DNA from: Ilumatobacteraceae bacterium
GTDB lineage: Bacteria > Actinomycetota > Acidimicrobiia > Acidimicrobiales > Ilumatobacteraceae
Direction of reading: 5' to 3'
DNA: 31,362 nt
Assembly: GCA_041745835.1 (NCBI GenBank)
Contig: JBGTIA010000745.1
Location: 1 to 31,362 of the forward strand
Part shown: one piece after another, positions 16,527 to 24,780 of the stretch
How positions within the stretch are numbered: position 1 is the stretch's first letter
Layout of the letters: each line of letters opens with the position of its first letter
Position numbers and translations under genes: made by a program
The notes under the pieces: generated by a model
What the model saw: the letters and a program-made list of their open reading frames with translations, nothing else
Database searches by the model: none
What the model was told of the DNA's origin: nothing

Positions 16527-17785
16527 GGCCGTATCCCTGCGCGTCCGCCGCCTTCGACGTGCAGCGCTGCGAGCATCGGGCCGAACTTCGTGTCATGTCC
16601 GGGGAGGCCGGCAGAACTCGCCTCGGCAAATCGGACCACCATCTCCAACAGGTCCAACACGACGAGTGCCTCTGCGGCTTCATGGGGTCGGCCGGCTGCG
16701 GCGAGGTGGCGCGCAGTTCGAGCCTCGACGGCGTGGTGGTCGAGCAGCCGTGACCGAACCGTCTGCCGACCTCCGGCCAGCGCGAAATGGGCGAGGTCCA
16801 TGTTTCGGGGGAGGTCCGGTCGGCTCCGCTCCCAGTCGATCGCGACGAGGCGGCTGCCGTTCAGCCCCAGATTCGATTTCGCCCAGTCGCCGTGACCACG
16901 ACCGAATTCGAATTCACGCTTGTGCCACCGATGCTCGACCATGGCGTGCGACCGTTGGAGCGTTCCGTCGGGGTCGTGACCGTCGTCAGCGAGATGATGA
17001 ATCCTCGTGGTCATCGCCGACCAGAAGGAACTTGCCGCCAACGTGTCACGTCGTGATGGGCACGCCTCGAAGATCTGGTCGGAGATTCCGTGAGGGAGAT
17101 CGGAGTTCGTCGGCAGTGACCGCATCGGGACCGACGTGGTGACGAGGACGTCGCACTCCGACCATGAGCCGCTGAACAGAACCGTCGGAAGCGTCGCCGG
17201 AAACGGAGCGTCGGCCAGCTCAGCAAGAGTCGCCGCCTCGGCACGCACCAATCTGGACACGAGCGGTTGCGGGCCGAACTTGAGAAAGCAGATCGGGTCA
17301 CCGTCCGGTGAGATGGCCGCGATGACGATCTTGGCGTTGGGGCGGCCGGACGTCAGTCTGATCGCAAGCGAAAAGTCGGTGGTCCCCACGATGTCCCCGA
17401 GGAAGTTGCGTAGCGGCGATACGCCGTCGGTTGACGGGCCCACCAACGAAAGATGGCCCGCCAGCCAGTGCCCGACGCCCGACGCACCGGCGACCGTGGC
17501 GGCCGCGTCGCGCCACTTGTCGGCGATCGAGAAGCAGTGCAGTGCCCCCCTGAACTCTCGACCGCCGTGGGGAGCAAGAAGTCGGAGCCGGCCTTGCGGA
17601 GGGAGCGTCCGGAACTGCTCGAGTGCACCGGGCACGTCGGTGCCACGGACGAAACGGTAGCCGGGTGTATTGCCGCTGAGGATAGTGAGCGCCGTTGCAA
17701 GTGAACCGCTGAGCTCGTCGGCGTCTACGTAGCCATTGCCATCTTTCGCTCTCGGTCGACTCCGTCTTGCACCCCGCACCCACAT
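16523..17785 (-). CDS. Aminoglycoside phosphotransferase-like (protein kinase-like fold) kinase
   Basis: FLKFG (ATP Lys), AEAATL (helix Glu), catalytic loop HGDWAKSN (HGDxxxxN) and metal-binding IDWE. The start codon is uncertain. Confidence 0.8.
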   Translation of the reverse strand: MWVRGARRSRPRAKDGNGYVDADELSGSLATALTILSGNTPGYRFVRGTDVPGALEQFRTLPPQGRLRLLAPHGGREFRGALHCFSIADKWRDAAATVAGASGVGHWLAGHLSLVGPSTDGVSPLRNFLGDIVGTTDFSLAIRLTSGRPNAKIVIAAISPDGDPICFLKFGPQPLVSRLVRAEAATLAELADAPFPATLPTVLFSGSWSECDVLVTTSVPMRSLPTNSDLPHGISDQIFEACPSRRDTLAASSFWSAMTTRIHHLADDGHDPDGTLQRSHAMVEHRWHKREFEFGRGHGDWAKSNLGLNGSRLVAIDWERSRPDLPRNMDLAHFALAGGRQTVRSRLLDHHAVEARTARHLAAAGRPHEAAEALVVLDLLEMVVRFAEASSAGLPGHDTKFGPMLAALHVEGGGRAGIRP

Positions 17786-17827
17786 GATCCTAGACGGCGC
17801 ACTTCGAAGCGAGGGATTTCGCTCTAA

Positions 17828-19347
17828 CCCGGATCTTTCATAGGGCTGCTTGAGCGGCGGGTGGTCCGGTGACGGTGAGTGACTGGAATGCGGTGCGGAC
17901 TCGGTGGATGGCGTCGATGACGATCGGGGTCCAGGGCCAGTCGTGATCGAGGCGGAGTCGGGGGCTGTTCGTTGTGATCCGTGCGGCGACGTGAAGCATC
18001 CGGTGCCGGATCGTTTTCGGTGTGGCGCGTCGGAGTTGGCCGGTGCAGCCGATGCGCTGCGCCCAGCCGAGCAGGTCGTTCGCGGTGAAGCACAGGTTCA
18101 TCCAGACCTCGTTGTTGACGACGTCATCGAAGGGCAGGTCGGAAAGTCCGCAGGCTTTGGCGTCGCGGATCACGTTCTCGGCGCGCGCTCGTTGGCGTTG
18201 CTGCAACTCGAGTCCGGCGACATCGAAGCTGGTCTGGGTGGTGATGAACGCGGTGTGGCGGAACCCTTCGATCGTGTCGAACAACGACCGCTGCGCGCCC
18301 GGGTGCGGTCGCTCACGCCTGACGATCAGGCGGGTCCCGTCGGGCCAGGTGGACAGGTCGACGAACTCGGTGAGTTCGACAACTTCGGCGCCGTCACGAC
18401 GAGCGCCGCCGGCGTCGACGGCAGGGTGCCAGCAGCCGGTCGGGACCATCATGACGCCGTCACGCACGCGGTGATCGATGTGGAACCCGAACGAGTAGTC
18501 GAGGTTGCGCGCAACGCATTCCTCAGCGAACCAATGGCTTGCTCCGCCAGCATCAGCACGGATCAACACCCGATGCGCCACCAAGTTCGGGTCGTCGCCG
18601 ACGTTGTGCCCGGCGGACCATTCGCCAGGGAGTTGGTCGAGGGCGTCGGCCAGGACGGTGACGTGATCGATTGCGGTGTTCGACCCGGCGTTGCCCGGCC
18701 GCAGCTTCGCGCACAGCACCTCGTCGGTCTCAGCGATCATCGCCAGCAAAGGGTGATGGCCGTAGCCGCGTTTGTAGTTCGGGCGGGCGTCTTGCTTGTC
18801 GGCTTTGGTGTTGATCAACGTCGCGTCGAAGTCGATGATCAGATCGTCACCGGCCGGCCCAGCACCCGCAGACCACGCCCGCTCCCGTGCCGCTGCCCGC
18901 GCTGCGGCGATGCCACGAAGTTCGACCGGGCCGATCTGGTCGAAGGTGCGCCACACCGTTGCTTCGGACGCAACCGGCCCGAACATCGAGCGTTGCGAAC
19001 GGATCGCAGCCAGATCCGACAGACACGTCGCGCCGTCGAGCGCGAGGATCATCTGCGCGAGCGTGCGACCTGGATCGTGTCGACGCTGCGGAACCGATGC
19101 CATCGCTGTGCTCAGCCCGGCGGACAAGCCGGCGAGGTCGGCGGTCTCTGCAAGCCACGCGATCCCGGCGTGAGACACGATCCCGGCACCGTCGCCAGTC
19201 ACCGTGCGCGTTCGAATCAGACTGCTACCTTGAACCATGAGAACGCCCTTCGAACCGTGGGAAATGATTGATGTGTCGCAACACCAATCATCCCCTGTCG
19301 GAGGGCTTTTTCACGCCACCGCCAGCCAGCCCTACGCAAGATCCGGG
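17828..19347 (-). mobile_element. IS1380-family insertion sequence, 1520 bp, apparently intact
   Basis: 21-bp imperfect TIRs (CCCGGATCTTtCaTAGGGCTG at 17828-17848; CCCGGATCTTgCgTAGGGCTG as reverse complement of 19327-19347; 19/21). 4-bp direct repeat CTAA at 17824-17827 and 19348-19351. One transposase ORF. Confidence 0.93.
17838..19238 (-). CDS. IS1380-family DDE transposase
   Basis: SHAGIAWLAE, LIIDFDAT (D), NYKRGYGHHPL, LRPGNAGSNT, LIRADAG (D), RARAENVIRDAK (E). The stop codon lies inside the TIR. Confidence 0.93.
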   Translation of the reverse strand: MVQGSSLIRTRTVTGDGAGIVSHAGIAWLAETADLAGLSAGLSTAMASVPQRRHDPGRTLAQMILALDGATCLSDLAAIRSQRSMFGPVASEATVWRTFDQIGPVELRGIAAARAAARERAWSAGAGPAGDDLIIDFDATLINTKADKQDARPNYKRGYGHHPLLAMIAETDEVLCAKLRPGNAGSNTAIDHVTVLADALDQLPGEWSAGHNVGDDPNLVAHRVLIRADAGGASHWFAEECVARNLDYSFGFHIDHRVRDGVMMVPTGCWHPAVDAGGARRDGAEVVELTEFVDLSTWPDGTRLIVRRERPHPGAQRSLFDTIEGFRHTAFITTQTSFDVAGLELQQRQRARAENVIRDAKACGLSDLPFDDVVNNEVWMNLCFTANDLLGWAQRIGCTGQLRRATPKTIRHRMLHVAARITTNSPRLRLDHDWPWTPIVIDAIHRVRTAFQSLTVTGPPAAQAAL

Positions 19348-20883
19348 CTAACTGCCCGTCGTGAGATCGGCCGGGATGTCCAGCTTGGTGCTCGAGATCG
19401 CAAACCGCCACTTCTGCACCAAAGCGCCGTAGACGAGCGCTGCCGGAACAGTGCCGACCGCAACGGCGACGGCGTTCTGGCCCAGGAGCAGGGCGCTGAC
19501 GATCGAACTCAGCCCAATCGTCGAAATGCTCGCCACGACGAGGCGGAAATAGATTCCGCTGAACGGATGTACACCGAGGAGATACCAAACCTCTGCGACG
19601 GGAACGACATTTCGGACGAGGATGCTGGCCGCCCATGCGATGGCAGCCCCCTCGATCCCGAACAGAGGAATGAGCATGAAGTTCAAGATGACGTTCACCG
19701 TCAGCGCGGCGCCCCAGTTCCCGACGCTCCACCAACTTCTCCCCGCCATCAACAACACGTTGTCCACCGGGCCGCTGGCTGCCGCCACCATCATGGCGAC
19801 GGCAACGATCCGTAGGGCGGTCGCTCCCTCGACGTACTCGTCGCCGAACAGGCTCAGGAGCCATGGTGCGAAGACCGCGATGCCGATGTACGACGGCCAC
19901 ACGACGGCGATGATCCACGTCGTCGTTCGCCGGTAGATGCCCTGTACGCGATCCATCGCCCCGAGCGCCAGGAATTCGGACAAGCGCGGACTCATCGCCT
20001 GGAGCAGCGCGCCGATGACCAGGTGGCCGATCGCCAGATATCGGGTGGCGACCGAGTAAACCGCGGCCTCGTCGACAGACCGGAGAAACGCGAGCAGGAT
20101 CGTATCGAGCCACAGAACCGTGACTTGGAACGTCGTGGACAGTGCCCGTGGCGCTGAGAACTTCCAGAACTCCGCCAATGGCGGCGCAACGACCGCTCCG
20201 CCGCCGGCGTCGGATGTGTCGAGGTGCCCGAGCAGACGGAAGATCCAGATCAGGAGCAGGAGCACACCGAGCGGGTATGCGATCCCGTAGGCGCCGACCA
20301 GTGATGCCGCCCCGGCAGACGCAAACAAGGCGACACCGACGATCTGCATGACGGCGCGGCCGATCTTGTCGACCACGACGGCCGGCGTCATCGTGCCGAA
20401 CGCTTGCGAACACTGGGCTGCGACAAGGAACAATGCTGCGAACGGCACGATGGGGGCGAAGAGCCGAAGGTACTCGACGGCCAGTTCGGCATCGGCTGGA
20501 TCACCGAGCGCTCGCGCGAGTACCGAGGAGAGCGAGAACAGGAAGATGCCCCCGACCAATCCGGCGACAGCCACCGCGGGAAACACTCGTCGCAGGAGCG
20601 GTCCGAGCGCGCCATGCTGACCGCGCACCCGCAGCATCGGGATGAACCTCATCAGACCGGTGTTGGCGCCCAGCTGAGCAGTCTGCGAGAGGATGGTCAG
20701 CGCCGCGACGCCGACCATGAAGGCGCCGACCTGGTCCTGACCGATTCGCCTCGTGAGCGCGAACACGAGCCCGAAGGTGAGCGCTCCATTCAGCCCGGCA
20801 CCGACGATGTTGAGCAGTCCACCGCGGGCAAAGCTCTGGCGCGGCCGGCCGGACGGCGTTCGAGGAAGCGCCGCGGTGTTCAT
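19348..20883 (-). CDS. wzx: Wzx-type polysaccharide flippase (MOP superfamily)
   Basis: About 12-14 hydrophobic segments; N-terminal LLNIVGAGLNGALTFGLVFALTR.IG...G.F; internal D..LL.......AAVYSVATR; context between Wzy and glycosyltransferases. Confidence 0.9.
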   Translation of the reverse strand: MNTAALPRTPSGRPRQSFARGGLLNIVGAGLNGALTFGLVFALTRRIGQDQVGAFMVGVAALTILSQTAQLGANTGLMRFIPMLRVRGQHGALGPLLRRVFPAVAVAGLVGGIFLFSLSSVLARALGDPADAELAVEYLRLFAPIVPFAALFLVAAQCSQAFGTMTPAVVVDKIGRAVMQIVGVALFASAGAASLVGAYGIAYPLGVLLLLIWIFRLLGHLDTSDAGGGAVVAPPLAEFWKFSAPRALSTTFQVTVLWLDTILLAFLRSVDEAAVYSVATRYLAIGHLVIGALLQAMSPRLSEFLALGAMDRVQGIYRRTTTWIIAVVWPSYIGIAVFAPWLLSLFGDEYVEGATALRIVAVAMMVAAASGPVDNVLLMAGRSWWSVGNWGAALTVNVILNFMLIPLFGIEGAAIAWAASILVRNVVPVAEVWYLLGVHPFSGIYFRLVVASISTIGLSSIVSALLLGQNAVAVAVGTVPAALVYGALVQKWRFAISSTKLDIPADLTTGS

Positions 20884-20917
20884 GACGGGGTCGGATGACG
20901 GAGTGTGTCGCCGGACA

Positions 20918-21790
20918 TCAGCGGCTGGGTCGTCGCCAGCCGAGATCTCGCCCGAGGTGGTCGTACAGTCGCTGATTGTCCTCGTCCACCTCGGCCGCCA
21001 TCCGATCCATCACAGGGGTCGACGTAGCCTGTCGCCGATAGCTGTTGTGAACCTTCGCATCACGCAGTTCGAATCGTTCCGCCTCGACGAAGTCGACGAC
21101 CTGATCGAGGATGGACTGCGGATCGGCGAAGAAGTCCTCACTCGTGATCGTCAGTACGCGGTCGGGGCCGTACACCTTCTCCCACACCAAGAGCTGATCG
21201 AGATAACGGCCGCGAGACAGGTATGCGTGATGCTGATGGCTGAAACTCTGGTACGACGGATCACTGATGATGCGTTCCATCTCGCCGGCCAAGCGCTGCG
21301 GCTCCGCGTCGAGCGCCGCCTCGAGGTCGAGGTGTTCGTAGCCCTTGGCGGTCTCGTGCTGATGTTGCGAACGCGCCCGCTCGACCGGATCACGAAGCAG
21401 GGCGATGATCCGGGCCTCCGGTAGCAAGTCGCCGGCTCGTTGAGCCGCAAGGGGATGGAACAGGTAGTACGGGGTGGCGTCGGCCGTGAAGATCCCATCA
21501 CGACGAGCCGGGAAGTGGGAGAAGTACCACTGTTCCCCGCGATCGAAGTGCTGATCGAAATAGTGGATCTCTTTGCGAACGGGCGGCACGAAAGCCGGAT
21601 GTTGCTGCAGGTACTTCTGGAGCGAGGTCGTCCCGGATCGCTGCGCCCCGACGATCAGAAGCTCCGGCTCGAGCGCTGTCCGGCCAGGTACGTACTGTCG
21701 AAAACCGATGGTTCGAACCAGCGCCGAGTAGGCGAGCCGTTCCGCCCGACCGCGGAGACGACGCGATACTTCGGGAGGAACGATGGTCAT
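20918..21790 (-). CDS. PAPS-dependent sulfotransferase (heparan-sulfate 3-O-sulfotransferase-like motif set)
   Basis: IVGAQRSGTTSL, KEIHYFD, DATPYY, LLRDPVERARS, YLSRGRYLDQL. Paralog of 15624-16526. Confidence 0.93.
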   Translation of the reverse strand: MTIVPPEVSRRLRGRAERLAYSALVRTIGFRQYVPGRTALEPELLIVGAQRSGTTSLQKYLQQHPAFVPPVRKEIHYFDQHFDRGEQWYFSHFPARRDGIFTADATPYYLFHPLAAQRAGDLLPEARIIALLRDPVERARSQHQHETAKGYEHLDLEAALDAEPQRLAGEMERIISDPSYQSFSHQHHAYLSRGRYLDQLLVWEKVYGPDRVLTITSEDFFADPQSILDQVVDFVEAERFELRDAKVHNSYRRQATSTPVMDRMAAEVDEDNQRLYDHLGRDLGWRRPSR

Positions 21791-21835
21791 GAGAACACCT
21801 GACGTCCCAGCCTCGACGAGCGCACAGTCCCTATC

Positions 21836-23281
21836 CTATCTGTGCTCCATTCGAACCCGATGTACTACGGAGCGGTCCCGCCGAACGAGGTGCGGAGGTG
21901 TGGGGAGATTCGGCGAAGGTACGACGTCGACTGGCGGCGGCGGGAGCGGCGTGTTCGTCGATTGGTCGTTCGTTTCGATCTTTGCGTTCGTGACCGGCGA
22001 GCGCAACAGCAGAGCGGCAATGATCATCGCGAGAGGAAGCTGGATCGGCGTGTGCTCGTAGAAGATGCTCTGCAACACCACGACCACGACCGCGGCGTGC
22101 AACCACAGGCCCCAGGTGGTTCGTTGGCGCCAGCTCCGAGCGATCACATTCGCCCACCAGGAGAGGTACAGCAGCAAGCCGACAAGACCCTGGCTCACGA
22201 GGATCAACCAGACCTGTCCGTGTGTACCGACCGACGGGCCGGAGTCCTTGTCGGTTCGCTCCTGGGGAGAGCCCCACCCGAGGAATGGACGCTCCAGGCC
22301 CCGGTCGATCGACTGTTCGTAGAGGCTGGAACGGGCCTCGTCGCTGTGTCCGTTCTCGGATCGGTCGCCGACGACGTCACCCAGCGGAGTGAGCGCAAGG
22401 ATCGCAAGGAACCCGACGAGTGGGATCAGCGAGAGAACAACCGTACGCAGCCGAAGGCTGGTGACCAGCCGGATGATCACATAGGCCACGCCAACGATGA
22501 GACTCAACCATAGACCGCGGTTGAGTGACGAGACGACACTGACCACCGAGAGTGCCAGCAGGATCATGACGCCCATGCGCGCGCCTCGTGTGGAGCGTCC
22601 GTGCAGCAACCAGGCGATCACCACAGGAAACAGGATCCCGAATGTCGACCCCCAGCCGTTGGTGTACGGGAACAGAGCAGTAGGTCGCCCCAACTCCCGT
22701 CCGAGTAGACGCGACACTTGGGCGAACTCGGGGTGAACGAGTTGATACACCAGAGGATTGGAGAACGCACGTTGCGGAAGGACCATCTCGAGTGCGCTCG
22801 AGAACTGGAGCCTGGGCAGGACCGCTCCGATCAGCCCGCCTACGGCCACGATCGACCACAGGCCGACCAGCAGCGAGATGACCCTCTCGGTGGAAAGGCG
22901 CCGACGGTCGATGTTGTAGACCCAGAGGAAGAGCACCGTCGCCGCGAAGTACACGCTGGCCCGGTAGGCGAAAGACGGGAACCTCGACAGTGACCCGAGC
23001 TGCGTCGTCGACAGCAATACCCATGCGAGGAAGGCCATCCAAAGCGCGAAACCACGCGGGACACGTATGCGATCAGCGTGGAGCAGGCTCGGAATCAGCA
23101 GGAGTGCGACAAGTGGATAGGCCACTGCGGACAGGCCGAGAGCCCACCACACCGGATACCCCACCGTGAGTGCGGCGATCGGCCACCAGACGGGGAGCAG
23201 CGGTCCGGACGTGCGCGCTCTTCTCGGAGTGCGGTGGAGCGCCGGCGCCGCTGCCGCGCTGCCGACGGTGGTCGAGGTCAT
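21836..23281 (-). CDS. wzy: O-antigen ligase/Wzy-family polysaccharide polymerase
   Basis: ATG at 23281 overlaps the upstream stop (ATGA); the ORF-track extension to 23518 overlaps the co-polymerase gene. About 10-12 TM segments; RPTALFPYTN, SLNRGLW, RPFLGWG and GTHGQVWLILVSQGLVG motifs of the Wzy_C family. Confidence 0.82.
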   Translation of the reverse strand: MTSTTVGSAAAAPALHRTPRRARTSGPLLPVWWPIAALTVGYPVWWALGLSAVAYPLVALLLIPSLLHADRIRVPRGFALWMAFLAWVLLSTTQLGSLSRFPSFAYRASVYFAATVLFLWVYNIDRRRLSTERVISLLVGLWSIVAVGGLIGAVLPRLQFSSALEMVLPQRAFSNPLVYQLVHPEFAQVSRLLGRELGRPTALFPYTNGWGSTFGILFPVVIAWLLHGRSTRGARMGVMILLALSVVSVVSSLNRGLWLSLIVGVAYVIIRLVTSLRLRTVVLSLIPLVGFLAILALTPLGDVVGDRSENGHSDEARSSLYEQSIDRGLERPFLGWGSPQERTDKDSGPSVGTHGQVWLILVSQGLVGLLLYLSWWANVIARSWRQRTTWGLWLHAAVVVVVLQSIFYEHTPIQLPLAMIIAALLLRSPVTNAKIETNDQSTNTPLPPPPVDVVPSPNLPTPPHLVRRDRSVVHRVRMEHR

Positions 23282-24741
23282 GCGGCAATCGAATCCTGTT
23301 CGCTCGAATCCGATTGCCCGGTGTTGCGTTTGCCCGTCGATCGCCGCACCGTACGCCGCAAGCGCTGTCGGATCGTCGGGGCCCTTTCCACGACGGTCCA
23401 GCACCTCTGGACCCCTGCGCGTTCTGCGAGGAGCGCAGCGGCTTCGAGATCGTCGCGACGAGTCCGTCCCACTCGGGCAACGACCACCAACACACCAAGC
23501 GTCGCCGCCAGGTCGCAAGCGTCGGGGCTCGAGAGTACGGGGCGACAGTGGACGAACGCCGTGCCGTCACCCAAAGATGCAAGTTCCTTCTCCATGGCGT
23601 GGTCGATACCGTCGCGGTGCGCGCTGCGAGGAAGAGGGAGCCGTACCTGGACGAGGCCGGACCTCTCCGGCAGGGGGGTGTCGCCGTCATCCAGTGAGAG
23701 CAGCATCGTGTGCCGGCCAGTCTCGACGTGCGCGACAGCAATGTTGTCGATTGCCCGTGACGCTGCAGATTCGGGAACTACACCGGCCAACACGAGCGCT
23801 GATCGGCCGCCACCGGCCGCCGCGAATCTGGCCGCGGTCGCTGTCCGTTGCAGTGACTCGGGAACGTTTCCAGGCTCGAGCACGTCGAGCGTGAATGGAA
23901 TTTCGCCGATCACATTGCCGAGAAGTCGTTGAACGTCGCCGGTGGAGCGCACCGACGGGTCGAGGCGGTCGACCACGAATGCCGCCACGAGAGCGACCAG
24001 CAAGCCGAGCGCCACGCTGACCCCGATGAGTGCCATCGCGGGGATACCCGAACCGCCCAATTCCTCGACGGTCGTGCTGGTGGTGACGACGCCCCGATCG
24101 AGTGGCTCGAGCAATAGCACGCTGGTGTCGCCTCGAAGCCGAGTGAGCTGGTTCTGCAGCACCGATACCAGTGCGGCGGCGGACGTCGCTGCCGGCGAGT
24201 CGTCCTCGCTCGAGGATAGGAGGTCGGTCTGTTCGCGCAGCTCGTCGGTGACGCGCTGGATTTCTACGGTGCTGCTGTCGAGACGAACGCGGCGCTGCTC
24301 CTCCAACGAGGCCACCCGTTCCTGCAAGTACGCCTCGGAGAGGCTCGCAGAGATGAGTCGGGCGGTCTCGGGGTCGTCAGCCGTCACAGCGAACGACAAG
24401 ATCGGTCGCTCCGGCACGGCGCGAATCTCGACATCACGATCTAACGAGATGGAATCGTCAACCGGCCCGGCGACCCCCAACGCCGCGGTCTCGACACGAT
24501 CGGATCGGGCGAACTCGACCTCCGGCTCGAGCGGCGGCAGTTGAACTCCGCTGAACGGCGGTGCGATCTCGGTGGTCGCGCGGTATTCAACAGCCGGTGG
24601 CGCCTGGCGATCGGCGATCAGAAGCCCGGCAGCCGACACGAGCAGCGTGACGCCGACGACGAGGAACGCACGACGTCGCACCACGGCGACATAATCTCCG
24701 AACTCGGTCGGCGCAGGTGGCGGAGAGCCGAAGTCGGTCAT
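23278..24741 (-). CDS. Wzz/Wzc-like polysaccharide co-polymerase with a degenerate tyrosine-kinase-like C-terminal domain
   Basis: DYVAVVRRR..LVVGVTLLV (Wzz N-terminal TM), coiled-coil, second TM followed by DRLDPSVRSTGDV.RLLG..IGEIP. The P-loop-like region lacks GK[ST], and there is no C-terminal Tyr cluster. Confidence 0.85.
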   Translation of the reverse strand: MTDFGSPPPAPTEFGDYVAVVRRRAFLVVGVTLLVSAAGLLIADRQAPPAVEYRATTEIAPPFSGVQLPPLEPEVEFARSDRVETAALGVAGPVDDSISLDRDVEIRAVPERPILSFAVTADDPETARLISASLSEAYLQERVASLEEQRRVRLDSSTVEIQRVTDELREQTDLLSSSEDDSPAATSAAALVSVLQNQLTRLRGDTSVLLLEPLDRGVVTTSTTVEELGGSGIPAMALIGVSVALGLLVALVAAFVVDRLDPSVRSTGDVQRLLGNVIGEIPFTLDVLEPGNVPESLQRTATAARFAAAGGGRSALVLAGVVPESAASRAIDNIAVAHVETGRHTMLLSLDDGDTPLPERSGLVQVRLPLPRSAHRDGIDHAMEKELASLGDGTAFVHCRPVLSSPDACDLAATLGVLVVVARVGRTRRDDLEAAALLAERAGVQRCWTVVERAPTIRQRLRRTVRRSTGKRNTGQSDSSEQDSIAA

Positions 24742-24780
24742 CTCAATTCCTTGGGCATGGGGGTCTCCTCGAGAGCGGAA

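Noticed and set aside
16523-17785. Aminoglycoside resistance gene
   Set aside because: Only the generic kinase-fold motifs are shared. Its size (420 aa) and operon coupling indicate a biosynthetic role.
23282-23518. N-terminal extension of the Wzy ORF
   Set aside because: It overlaps the co-polymerase gene in another frame. The ATGA stop/start overlap at 23278-23281 gives the natural start.
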